Origin: Haplodiscus bocki
Taxonomy: Eukaryota
Reading direction: 5' to 3'
Length of the DNA: 64,000 nt
Assembly (NCBI GenBank): GCA_965655095.1
Contig: OZ296648.1
Span: 155,930,001 to 155,994,000 of the forward strand
Positions 1 through 12,560 of the stretch are shown here, piece after piece. Numbering within the stretch: position 1 is the first letter of the stretch; each line of letters starts with the position of its first letter. Below the pieces are notes generated by a model. The model saw only the letters and a list, made by a program, of their open reading frames with translations, was not told the DNA's origin and did not search any database. The position numbers and the translations under genes were made by a program.

Positions 1-659
1 TTTTTGGAGATAATCCTTCATATATATCTCCCGAAAACAGTCAAAGCCTACCCGCCCACAAAGTTTGTTGGGCCTTACGGGCGACACCGACTTTTGCCTT
101 CTGGGCTTGTTCTTGTTGACGGGCAACAGTAAAAAGCTAATTTCGGCCCGGGTGTTCTCCGCTCTAATGTTGTGTTCATAATTATTTGTATATTTAAAAT
201 ACATAAAAATATTTGTAGTATTATACATAAATATATTCTTCTAAAATTGAGGTAATTTTGAGCTGAATCAAGGGACACTTTTTATAAAATTTGCGCTGTT
301 TCGACGACTGATTTTGGGGAACATTGCAACCAGCCTTACTTTTCACATCAGGGCAGCTGATTTCGCTGTATTTTTTTGTATACAGCAGAAAACTCACGGA
401 GCGAAAAATCTCTAGCTTCATATTTAAAAAATTCCGAAAACCGTATACAATTAGAATGATTCCATTTTCAATTTGTATTTGAAAGCAATCTAAATCCAAA
501 TTTTCATGCTTTGAGTACCTGAAAGCACTGTGTAAATTCCGGGTTAACTTCTTTAATCACTCTTAGCTTCCTCCAAAAAAATTTAATGTAGAAAAAAATC
601 ATTTCAAAAATAATAGGAACATTAATGTACATACAAACTTGGACTACAAAAAAACAGTT

Positions 660-2143
660 TCAATCAAAATTCAGTGAACAATTAGATTGCAATAACGGAG
701 AGAGAAGTGTTGCGAGTTCAAGATCAGAACCTACCGCTAAAAACTCTCGTTTGGTCAGATCGGCCTCGCCAAGTTCATTGTTGTTAACATGTCCGAGCAA
801 GTACCCCCCGGCTTCTTTCAGGATGACTGCCGCAGCTGCAACATCCCATATATGAGGCCCAAATTCGAAAAAAGCATCAGCACTTCCGTCTGCCACACGA
901 CAGATGTTGAGAGCCGCACTTCCAGTGATCCGAATTGCAGCTATTTTGCTCTGTAATAGATTCGACATGTTTCGTGTCAAGTCTTTTATTGATTCCGCAT
1001 CCTGTCTGGAAGTTGTCTGGAAACAAATGAAAACATTAGAGACACGAAGTGAAAATATGTTTTAGCTAAGGGCGGATTCAGCGTGATCGAAGATCACTCG
1101 AAACCACATCTCTTTTTTAGGTATAGTTCCAAAATTGGTAAGATTTGACTTTTCATATTGATCAGTGGCTTGAAAAATATAAGTTGTTCGCAATTATCAA
1201 CAAAAGAAAAACGTCTTAATGGCTCGCATGTTCAGACGTTTTATGAAGCTCAGATTCAGTGTGAAATGAAGACAACTCACCTCAGTTAATATTAAACAGC
1301 TCTCAATTTCGCTGCAGTTGGAACATTTAAGTGGAATGCCATTGCAGAAAGCACCTTGTTTGGTCACAGCAGAATACATGTAGTCGTCCAACACGTCATA
1401 GACTATTCCAACCACGGGCTTCTTTTTGTGGAGTACTCCAATAGAAATGCAGAAACCTGGATACTTGTGAACAAAGTTCATGGTTCCATCAATGGGATCG
1501 ATGACCCACGTTGGACAATCTGTTATTTCTAAACGTCCTGCAACAAGCATCGTAATTCAAAGTGCGGGCGAATAGCACCGATAAAATTGACCTATGAAAG
1601 AGTTCAAATAATTTTCCCTGAGACATCGGCAAAGTAAATGAATCCAAAATGTACTTTTATTCAAGGTGGTCAGTTTTGGTCGAATAATTAAGCACACATT
1701 ACGCGATTAATTTGATTAAGTATTCAATTCCTGTGGCACAGGTCGCAGCTTTTCAATTCAATCGCGAAATTTCAGAAACAAGGGCTCCTCGCGAAATAAA
1801 TTATTTCTAGATTTCACGACTTTGGTAGCCGAACATGTCTTTGGCGTTGCTGACCTGAAGAACCTGCGATTGACTCCTCGCCGATGAATTTATGCTCCGG
1901 GTACTTTTCGTGAATCATGCTCCGAATAGTGTTCTCAATTTCTTGATCTATTTCTGTCACCAAATCTGCATTGTTCACTTTGATTGACACTTGTAAACTA
2001 CTATCACCGTTGCCTTGTACCTTGTTTGAACTACACAGCACATGTGACCGCTGGTGGAAGTTTTGCATGATTTTGGAACTGCATAATGTAGCAACTCCTA
2101 TTGCAAAACTTCTCCACTCAGTGTACATTTCCTCAGTAGACAT
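660..2143 (-). CDS. IMPA: Inositol monophosphatase (IMPase), 3 exons: 2143-1855, 1537-1281, 1016-660
   Basis: Family motifs DLVTEID, FIGEE, WVIDPIDGTMNFVH, GSAAL and WDVAAA. Donors TCAG|GTCAGC and GAG|GTGAGT and acceptors TTGCAG| and TTCCAG| keep the frame open to TGA at 660-662. The first donor could alternatively be 9 nt upstream. Confidence 0.93.
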
Positions 2144-2560
2144 GTCCACCACTGAAATTGCATGATACTCTTACTGACGAAAATATTATGAACTTATCAA
2201 ATCACGTAAAAAAAGACGATGTTAATGACGATGCAAAACACAGGGAACAAAAAATGCTCAGAACGTCAATCATTTTTCGTCTTTCCTGTAAATCGTAAAA
2301 CATTCCCATGTGCTTTGCCACCGAAATTATGGTGAATGAATCGCTGCGAAGAGGCAAAGCGTTTATCTTCACGTGTTTACCATGCTGACACTTGGATGAT
2401 ATATATTTTTTACGAAGTCCTTTACAGCGTTTCGTGAGTATCGAAACACGTGTTTCAAAAAGCAAACGTTTGGTGGATTCAGTACGGAAAATGTCCAATT
2501 CGTGAAACGTGGCAATCGAGTAGGATTGAATTTCAGCAGAAACGAAAAGCATTGAGTGTG

Positions 2561-3983
2561 TCAAAATTTAGAGAGTTTTTCAGGCAGTTCAGAATGCAGT
2601 AGAAAACCCTTCCGCTGGATAGGCCACCAGTGATGAGAAAGGGAAGTGAATGACGTCAGTCTCTCAAGATACATTCGTCCGTCCAAATGATCCATTTCAT
2701 GCTGCACAACTACAGCTAAGAAGCCCTTGCAGTTCAACTTTGTTGCCTTGCCATTCTCATCCGTGGCTAAAAATTTTGAGAGTTTTCAATTATTCCTCAA
2801 CATAAAAGTTCAACTACACTGAGAACGTATTTTTGAAGGGAGGGGAGGGGAGGGGAAGAAATTTGTTCAAAATTCAAGCCTGTAAAACAGTAAACAGTTT
2901 TCCTTCAGCCAAAAATTATTTAGTTTACAAAATCGCCACCTGCAAATTAAAATTTCAGCCCGAAATCAGAAGTACCACCTGGTAATCAAAACGTTGAAGT
3001 TTCATGACATCTTCACTAAAGGCGAGGAAGAAAAGAATGAAATAATCAACCTTCTAAACGGACTTCAGAGTAACGACTAGTGGTGCCTGACATGTGTGGC
3101 ACACTAACGCAGCCCTCTGTGAAATTGATCTTTGAGTTGTCCACAATCTTCATTTTCGGATTAACAAACACGGAGAAAGGCAAAGGCTCCCCATGGTTTA
3201 AACCTCTTTGCTTTTCAGCTAACATGTACCTGTAAATGACAACTTGTTGCCTGTAAATGCTTGAATCCAATTTTCATTTCCATCCAATGTTATTTTACCA
3301 ACTGTAAACAAGTTTCTATGAATGAAAATTCGCGATTAAAAAGTAAATGTTTCTCAATCATTTAACAGGCTGAAATATAATGTTCGAAGCAGTGCAAACG
3401 AATTGCATTTGCAACACTTGTCGTATTCAAAGAAAACATTCAAATGTTCAAATCGCAAGACGACTAACTCACGTGGCAAATGAAGGGCAAAGACTCTTTT
3501 GGGTATGCCGATTTGAGGGGCTGAAAGTCCGACTGTAAAACCTAATGGCAACTGCTTACCCACCTAAAACCGAAAAAGCAGTTTTAATCCAAAAATGCAT
3601 TTTGGCGATGAACGCTATACTTAAGCAACATTAGGAAAGTTCACTATCAGTTGGAAGATTTATCACCTTTAACAACTTCCATACTTTTAAAAGGCTATTT
3701 CACAGACAGTAGCATTTCCAATTTGACATGAACTCACCATTTTGCTAAGGATGATCTTCCAGCGAGGGCGCCTTAGTTTTTGGGAACAAAGAATAGACTT
3801 CAAGTTGTACACAATTCTCTTGAGCAGCAATCCATCTTCGGACCAGTTGATCGGCTCGCATTTCTGACTCAAGACGGGATCACCGATGAAGCAACATTTA
3901 TTCATTGGAGGCTCTTTGCGGACTCTTTTGCCTACGAACGGGTAGATCCATTTGCGAACCATAGTGGACAGCCGCAGGTTCAT
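2561..3983 (-). CDS. PDF: Peptide deformylase (mitochondrial type), 4 exons: 3983-3738, 3563-3473, ~3218-3051, 2766-2561
   Basis: All three PDF motifs are present in order: GLSAPQIG (exon 2), EGCVSV (exon 3) and QHEMDHLDG (exon 4, translated manually, absent from the ORF track). IGDPVL near the N-terminus and an Arg/Lys-rich presequence-like start. GT-AG junctions are in phase; the exon 3 acceptor is the least certain. Confidence 0.93.
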
Positions 3984-5989
3984 TTAAAATCTACATTTAG
4001 GAAAAACATCTGAAAATTCAAATTTCTGAGTCGTGGCCATTTTATCGATTATATTTTTTGTTAGTTCTTTTACCAAAAAGTGACAGTTCCTGACTATTAC
4101 AGAAAATTTCTTCGCAAGACGTTTGAGCTCTCATCAAATCGATCCACTTCCCGGAACATCTCGAAAGTTTTTCGGAGGGATTCGACATTTCTGTGCAGAA
4201 TCAAATCTTGAAAACACCAAAGGGTCATTCCTACGAAGCCTTGCGGTACTATGAGACAAAAATAAGACATCCCCCCATACTTCATCAAAGCTTTCTGAAA
4301 CCAGATTATTTTGAACATCAACCCCCATAGTTGTTTTTCGGCACAGTGGAACAAAAAGGTTGAAAAAATGACACATGAGTTGAAGAAGGATAATTGCATC
4401 TTCTTGGATTCAAAAATCTCTCGACGCGATGACCGACGGTGATGAATTTGATGATATGAAAAAATACCAATGTTGAATTGAATCATTATTCCCTGTGCTC
4501 AGAACAATAAAGCTGCGACGGTCAGAGGAATGGTTCACATGTTGTTCTATACAACATCTTCTTGAAACAATTTTCATGATAATTAGGAGATTGCGAAGAA
4601 CATTTTTAAAGCTTGTCAGTATTCGAAATATCCTTCGAAAATGTGCAACAATCATGTCCGAAGTTACAGTGAGCAGACTTGTTGGTAAAAGAAGTCTACA
4701 GACCATCACTTTGCCCTTTTCACAATTTAGAGGAAGCCCCACTGATTGGCTAGCCCAGAAATTAAAGATTGTATGAATGAGGTCAACGTCATATCTTACA
4801 CGAGAAGCTGCGAAGAGTCGCCAATTATTCTCCGCTGCTAATCTGAAGAAATTTTACGTCCTTTAGAGAATGCACATGTCCCGGTTGTTCTGCCCACTAT
4901 GTGGATGAAACAAAGAGGCAGCTTTCGATGCGCTGTTCCGAGCATTCTCGCATGTGACAGCCCAAGTGGATTAAATTCTAAAACTGTGTAATGGAACCAG
5001 TAATGCTATTGGTGTCAAAAAAATCATCGATGCAGCCAACAAAACTGATGACACTGAAATCAATACAAAATAGGAAACTAAAACCAGCATTGCTATCGCA
5101 GGAGGAGCTGGTGTGCAGCAAAAGGTCGCTCAGATTCTGATACTGGGATTATGTTCACACTTACTCAAGCACTATTGTTGATTTTGATATTTTGAAACAA
5201 AAACTTTGCTGCTTCTCCCAATGGCTTTTTTAAACACTGCTGATGGTTGTTCAACTACCGAAACATAAGCTTTTGATTTAAATTGAAAAATATTCGATAT
5301 CCTTATTTGCACATACCTAAAAAAGTTCGAAAACTCAAGCTCAAAAACATTCGATACCATTCCTATGCGGACACCGTTACCACATCGCCAACAATAAAAG
5401 TTTTCGTGATACTCGCATGTCACGAATTCCCGGAAAATTTCCGAAATTCCGAATGAAACATTTTCGTATTACTCTTCCAGCCTACACAAGCTTTCCGATA
5501 AAATACTTGCCAAAAAGTTTCGAGATGCCTCCTTTGAAAGGTCTCAAAAACTCCACAAACCAAACACCACTTTTCTTCTATTTTTCTGATACTAACAAGC
5601 AAGGTTTGAAGTTCCAAAAAATTTAGGTACAGGAAAAAAATGTGATATAGCACTTCTCATTAGCATCCCGTCTCGAAAAAACACTTCTAACATGAGACAT
5701 TCTTGCCCCCGAAACATTTTGAGCCATACAATCGGCGCCGAGTTGGGCTGCTCCCAGATTGTTTAAGTTAATAGACGCCAACTGGTGCTGCCAACTTTTG
5801 CGTGCGTAGCTACTCAAATGCTTGCTGACAAAAATAAAAGTAATGAAAAACAAAAGTTTCGAAAGTTGGGTTGTACCATACACTACTACAAAATCAAAAT
5901 CTAACATCAAGAGAAACTTTGAAAACTTCCAACAAGAATTGCCAGAACCAGACGGAAACGCGATCTAAGCCTGAAGCCATAGCCTCAAG

Positions 5990-8600
5990 CTCAAGCAAAT
6001 TTCAGGTCAATTGAAAGCTGAGGTGTCAAAATATAACGTTGTGAAAGTAGCAAAAACATTGAAAAAGAAGTAACTCTTCATTCTTCCAAGTAACTAAGTG
6101 AGAAATGCTCCGAAAGACGAGAAATTTTAAAACTCAGCTTTTTTTTGTTTTGCGGTAACCAAATTCCATTTTGCGGACAACCGAAAGATATAGTTTTGAA
6201 GACAGCAAGTCGAGAGCGAAATTCGGAGAATTCTTACATACTCTGCCGTAAACTCAACGGCAGGCTCATGGAACGTCATAGTCACCCGATATAAGAGTAA
6301 AGCTACTTTTCCTCAACTTCAAAATTAAAATTGAGCAGGCATGAAATTTTGAGTGTTAAGATATACCGCAGAGATTTTCATATGAAATCGTGGTAAGAGT
6401 CGCAGTTTTCACCTTGTTATCCGAGTAGATAGTAAAGATACCGTGGATCGTTTACGGCAACCCATAAAACAAAGAATTCAGTCGTTCTACTTGTCTTCTA
6501 CGATTTTGTTCTCGATGAAATCCGATGAAGGTGTAAATTTTAAATTTTTCTGGCAAAAAATTCGATGAAAACGAATGGAATGCCAGACATGCCTGATGTT
6601 ACTTTTGTGAAAACGCTAAAACAATTTTCAGTTCGATGGAACGCTGAAGTATCGAGATACACCGTTTTGAAAGCAGCAAAATGTTCGAAAAAGAATCAAT
6701 TTCCTTTCTTCTAAGTGAGTGAGAAAAACCTATTTCTGGGACCTTACACAGCTACCATTCCAATCTTTTCTGTTTTGACGGAAAGGAACTAATCAAAAAT
6801 GATCAACAGCACTTGAAACAAAATCAAAATAACTTTTCTGGAAACAGCAAACAAAATCCAGGTTTATTGAACGCAAGGGGGCAAGACATACCATTTTCCA
6901 GCAGCAAAATCTTTTGGCTGCGGCTTTTCTCGTTTTTCAAATAAAGTAAATGAGAAAAGCTCTGCGAGAGTTTTTGAAAACTCACAGAAAGAACAACCTT
7001 ATCTTTCTAATTGTTAAAAGGAGAATGCATTTCAACTTCAATCGGGTTGACATAACATTCGCATTAGTGATTCCAAAGCTAGGAACAACATCCTGGAAAA
7101 AGGCGTTTTTACCCAATTATTTTTATAAAGAACAATAAAAGCTACTGAAAGGCTACGGAACACTGACTGAAAACCAAAACTGCTCTCAAAAAACCCAAAA
7201 GAGCAAAAGTTAGATCGATTGAAGACAGAAGTTAAGAAGCACCGTCACCAAAGAAGAAAAACTATGGCATCATCTAGGACACCTCAGCATCCTGTCTTGC
7301 TGTTTTCTGCGACTAGCTTTGACTCCGTTCAAGGCAGCATTTAGAAAATACACGGTTTAGAACAAAACATACCTGGAAAGTTTTCCGGAAAAGGTCAATT
7401 ATGAACACGCTATTCTGAGAAATAACCAATGAATCACAAAGAACTACAGAAACCTTGAATCAACCCAAAAAGGAATTTTCTGAAAATGCGTGAAAAGTTT
7501 TGAAGTCAGTTCACCGCTAAAGTGTTAGTATATACCATTTTAAAAGCAGCAACATCCTCGGAAAATCCCACATTCTCTTGATTTTCACAGTAAGTTACCG
7601 AGAAATACACCTGGATTGCCTATAGAACCGCAACAAGCAATGAATCGAGTCTTTCTGCTTTTGTTAATTAAACTTCAGTTCATTAATTACCGAGTTGAGC
7701 TAAAAATATGGTTTTCAGAAACGCCAAATTGCCTCAGAATCCGGAGGAAAAGTAATTTTTCATTATAGTATCTGGTAAAAACTAACTCTAACGTCACAAA
7801 AACCTTATGTGAGTTCACAAAGGCTCTTTTAAAACGTCAAGAATTGCGAGGTCGATTGAACCAGTAGGTCTCATGATATACAGCGTGGAATGTAGTAAAA
7901 TGTCAAACTCTCTTGGTTTTCCAATTAAATGAGAAAATACTCGGATCGTCACAATACGTCAGCACGTTAAAAATTCAGTTTTCTCTTTTGCACTGAAGCA
8001 AATTGAGCTCATTTATAATCGAGCTCACTCAAAGTCAAGATATGGCTCTCAAGGCCGCCAATCTGCACCAAATAGCAAAGAAATGGTGTGTTTTCATGAA
8101 AAAAATCTGGAAAATTGAAAATGAAGCTTCTTGCAACCCCCACAAAAACTGAATTGAGCTCGGGAGTGCTCTTCCTGAAACGCACGAAAGATTTTCGGGA
8201 CATTTAAACGCTAAAGTGTAAAGACATACCGCTCGGAAATTATCGATATATTGATAAAAAAAAGTCAATTCCTCTTGGTTTTCTCAATAACAAATTGAGA
8301 AAATACTTGGACCATCGATGGTATGTCACAAAATTAAGAATTCTGTCTTTTTATTTTGAATCAAACCGATTCGAGTTCACTCATAGACGAGTTAAAATAA
8401 TATGTGGTTTTCAAGACCGCCAATCAGGGTCATGTTTTGAAAAAGGTGTTTTCCCTGATATTTTCTTCTGAAAGTTCAGTATAATCTACTAGAATGTCAC
8501 GAAAACTACGTGGAACTCCAAAACCACTCCTCTCAAAATGAGCAAGCATTGCATAGATTGAGCTCTGAGGTATTTCGTACGCAAAAAAAAACCTAGATAG
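5990..8600. repeat. Ancient degenerate tandem repeat, ~345-bp period (two ~175-bp subunits)
   Basis: Recurring 'gtgt..agataTACCg..ttgaaagcagcaa...ttctcttggtttt...tgagaaaatac' blocks near 6030, 6360, 6655, 7530, 7875 and 8225. These alternate with 'atatggttttcaagac.gccaa' blocks near 6185, 6830, 7705, 8040 and 8400. Confidence 0.6.
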
Positions 8601-11600
8601 AATTCACCAGTTGAAAAAAAAACTATTTCGAAACGCTGTCGCAAAAAAGTCAACAAAATATTTTCAAAAATGTAAAAAACAGTTCTATCTGTCCAAGGGA
8701 ATATTTTTCTGCATGATTTTGGAAATATTCAAATTTTTCGGCCAAGGCGAGAAATCTTCGGATATTGTCGAAGAAAATTGGTCAGCATCACACAACACCT
8801 CCATGGTGGTAAAAAGTTACAAGTTTGTCCTAATTCATTACATTGTGCTGAGACGAGGTTGCATCTTCCGTAGCCTGATGACCGAAGGCAGACAGCAAGT
8901 GATGACGTAAGAGTAGGCAGTTATCACGACCGTGGATGGCAACTACTGATTTGAATATTTTGCTAATATTTCGTATTCGGCAAAATAAAAAGGGTTTGCA
9001 TTTTGAGCCACCTCCAGACACGTCTTCTACCTAGTTTAACTCACTTTGGGTTTGATCGTTAAAACTGAATCATCAAATTGTATTTAGTACATCCGAGGAA
9101 AATATACAATATATACATTTTTCAATTTGAATGGAAATTTAGAAGACTATTTTGAATTTTCATTCTTTCCATTTGACTTACAATCAGGTAAAACCCGCAA
9201 AAAAGATCTGATGAGATTAAACTTTTAATCAGAAATTCCGGATAAATAGCTCTTTATCGCGGTATAAGTGACTTTTTAGATAGAAAGCTTGGAAATAATA
9301 CCAGCTTGAAATCACTGCTCCCGGAAGCCTTTTACACAAAACAGATTCTTAAGAAGTAAATCTAAACTTGATCTAAACTCGAACAATTAACGGAACGGTA
9401 ATCGCTTTTTTCCAAAACTTTGCGAACTCTGCTCTCCAACGATAGCTGTGCGCGTGAGCTTTCGCTTCTCCCCATTGTCGAAAATGATGATGAGCAGGAA
9501 TAAACGACCTTCGACTACAGGGATATTCTGGGTTAGATTACCAATTACAGCCAGGCATTTTTTTCTTCGCAAATTTAATAGAAGCTTTCAACAAAACACG
9601 TATTTCCTCCCGGAAAAAAGTGATTTAGGAGGCTTCAAAAAATTTCCTCAGATTCCCTAAAATATAGACTTTTTTGAGAAACACCGAATTTGAATATTAA
9701 GTTTCCCCTTTTATGGTATCACTTTCGAGTTTGAACAATTTCGACTTCTAAAACTAATTTGGGCTTCTTGGATATTTTTCTGCGAATTCTCAAAAACTTT
9801 TCGAAAAGAAAAGCCTAGGGGGAATTTAGCGAAGATTTACCAAAAACTTTTATTTTGACCTTCATTTTCAAGGCAGTGTGTAAGTTCTTGAGCACAAAGG
9901 GGTGGGACCCAAAAAAAAGAAGTTCTAAGAATTGAGCAATATGTCACAAAGTAATATGATCAATTTTACGCGTAGTAGCAGGACTGTTACACTTCGAAAT
10001 TCTGCACTGATAGTTTTCCAGTACTAATCAGCGGGGAAAAAGCTGCCTGGCTATGGCAATCCATAGTAAATCATGCGAAGTTGAATCTGCTCAATTCTCT
10101 CAAGACGTACAAATTGTAGGATTTTGTAAAGTTTTACGCTCAGACACAACACGAGATGTTCCGCTTAGTGTGGTCGTTAGAACACAGTAGTACCATTATG
10201 TGCAACTTGAAATGGCATGAGATTAAAAAAATATTGACTACGGAAGCCAAAAATGCGAGCTAACAGAAAGCAAGAGTAATTTGGAAAGCTTCTTGAACGG
10301 TCTTTGAGCTGGTTAAGGCATTTGCCAAAAACACTTTTTTAAACAAGAGTTAAATTCGATGCAAAAACTACAGAAGTAAATCCACGAAATTTCTAGCTCT
10401 AAAAATATCGGAGTAAACTTAATGCATATAAAAACTAGAGGTGAAACAAATACATTGAGAGCTGATCCAAAATTTCGTGGGCATATCGACGCAAAATTCG
10501 TTGTCAAATTAAAGCAAATAAGTCCGTAAGGCTTAAAATACTTGTAGGGGGGTTGATGCTCAGAAAATTTCTGGCTCTTTGGAAAATTCTATTCTTAATC
10601 GGAATTTTGTCAGGAAAATTTTCTCGGAGTGCGGAAAAATTTCTTAAGGTCACAGTTAGTAACGCCATTAAGACCGCGAGAACCTCAGTTGTAAGCAAAG
10701 AAGGACGCGTTTGAGGGGGTATCACGGAAAAACTTTTCGGTGGTAGAAATATATAGTGAATAAGAAAACAAATTGAACCGAATTTCTTTGGCAAAAGAAG
10801 CGTAGGGGCAACACATTTTTTTGGTATTTGTCTGCTCGAAATTTTTAAGATTTAAAAGGGGTATCACTTTTTTGCCTTTTTGTTGATTGGGAAAAACTGA
10901 AGTGCAAAAATTCACTTTGATATCTGCTTTATGTTTTGAAATTTTGTTGGATCTGTTTGTTATGTTTGAAGAAGTCCTTGCTATGTTCTAGGAATCTGTA
11001 GTATATATGTCGGTTAGAAAAAAAGCGTCGGTTAGTATTTATATCGCTTAGAGTCAGCTGTCATCTTAAAAAAACTACTCTAGTCGTGCTCTTCGTAAAC
11101 TAAAGCGCCCACTAAAAACAGTGATGGAATATGAAAACCACAAAAATGGAGCAATCAATTGCTTTTCAACTATTGCGAAAAATCTGAATAAAAAGTCACT
11201 GCATTCATGAAGAGATTTTAGCTGCATACGGTAATATATAGTTCAGATGTTCGAATATTCATTTGGAAAAACATTCGAATTATATTTGGATATTCGATAA
11301 GCTTCCTCTTCTATCAAAACGCTCCAAAACATCGAAAATCAGGGAAACTTCCGGACTAAATGTTAAGGTGTTTTTCTTGGGTCTAGGGTATTCATGCCCT
11401 CAAACGAGTATGAATGACCGTGGGAATAGAACAACCATCACGCGGTACCAAATTTTTCAAACAAACGGTCACTGGACCTCTTATTAGGCGCTTCACTTAC
11501 AAAGGGTTCCATTTTCCATGATGTCGCCTGTAAGAATTGCATCTAAATCGATATCGCTAACTGTTGATTCGTGATGATTTCAAGTTATCAAAGCCATCCA

Positions 11601-11719
11601 TCTACAGTAGTTCAAAGACTTTAATGATTTGAACAGAGACGAAGTGGAACTTCGCCAACACATTCTGACTTGCCAGTTAAGATCACGGAACCCTAATGAC
11701 ATTTGAAATCATGATCAGA

Positions 11720-12560
11720 GATGTGATCGACACTGTACTACACCAGCTGTCAACCAAAAGTTTGCTCGAAAAAGTGAAGGTGAGACAAGTTCTTGTCACA
11801 GAGTCTGATACTCGAAAATTTGATATGTCAATCATGTCTTTTTAGGTTACACCATCTTGCAGCCCAAATGCTTAGGAAGTTTGTATAGTAAAAAAACGGA
11901 AACGAACAAGTTATTGCCAAAACGAGGCCGTTTTTGACCCTTCACACCAGGTGACTAGATGATGTCACAATTGTGACATCATCTAGTCACCTGGTGTGAA
12001 GGGTCAAAAACGGCCTATTTTAAAATGCAAGTATTTGACAAGATAAAAAATTAAGCATGAGCTGCTTTCAATACACAATCTTCCTTTCAGTCAGAATGTG
12101 TGAAAATGCAAATATTGTTGTACATACGCCGATTTCACTGTCGTACGATTCAGTTGTATACAAAACATATCATGAACTGAACTGCAGGCAAGTGTAACTA
12201 AGCATCGTGAGGTCACATAAACAAAAAGTGAGGAAAAACTGTCCGATTACGCTATATCCTGTCTGTAAAACAAAATTCAAGGTCGTGCCTGTAATATCTT
12301 TCGCCTTCAATAATAAAAAAAATGATATTTCAATTTTGTTTCTCAAGTTACTCCATTTTGCTGCCCAATGTCTAAGAAATTTGAACAGAAAAAAATGCGA
12401 AAACTAACTAGTACCTTCCAAAAGTAGGCAGTTTTTCAGCGTTTACTCTAGATGACTAGACTCTCTCATGACGTCAAAAGTTCAAGTTTTGGACAGGACC
12501 AAGAAAAAACGAAGCAAAAACCGGTTTCGATACACATTCTTCCTTTCTGTCAGAATGTGT
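11720..12560. repeat. Dispersed repeat family, two tandem diverged copies (~460-bp spacing); homologue at ~44750-44960
   Basis: 'tactacaccagctgtcaaccaaaagtttgctcgaaaaagtgaaggtgagacaagt' (11735) matches 'tactacaccatctgtcaacgaaaggtttgttcgaaaaagtcaaattgagacaagt' (44762). 'atacacaatcttcctttcagtcagaatgtgt' (12071) matches 'atacacattcttcctttctgtcagaatgtgt' (12530). Confidence 0.75.
11925..12016. repeat. Perfect 92-bp palindrome (46-bp arms, no spacer)
   Basis: aggccgtttttgacccttcacaccaggtgactagatgatgtcacaa|ttgtgacatcatctagtcacctggtgtgaagggtcaaaaacggcct is its own reverse complement, centred at 11970/11971. Confidence 0.98.

Noticed and set aside
4097-5170. Overlapping ORFs on both strands with coding-like composition and hydrophobic stretches (possible membrane protein or pseudogene)
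   Set aside because: Every frame is interrupted by stops, I could build no consistent splice model, and there is no recognisable motif.
8875-8950. TGATGA...CTGA boxes suggesting a C/D snoRNA or hammerhead
   Set aside because: No terminal stem, no recognisable rRNA guide and no GAAA core.
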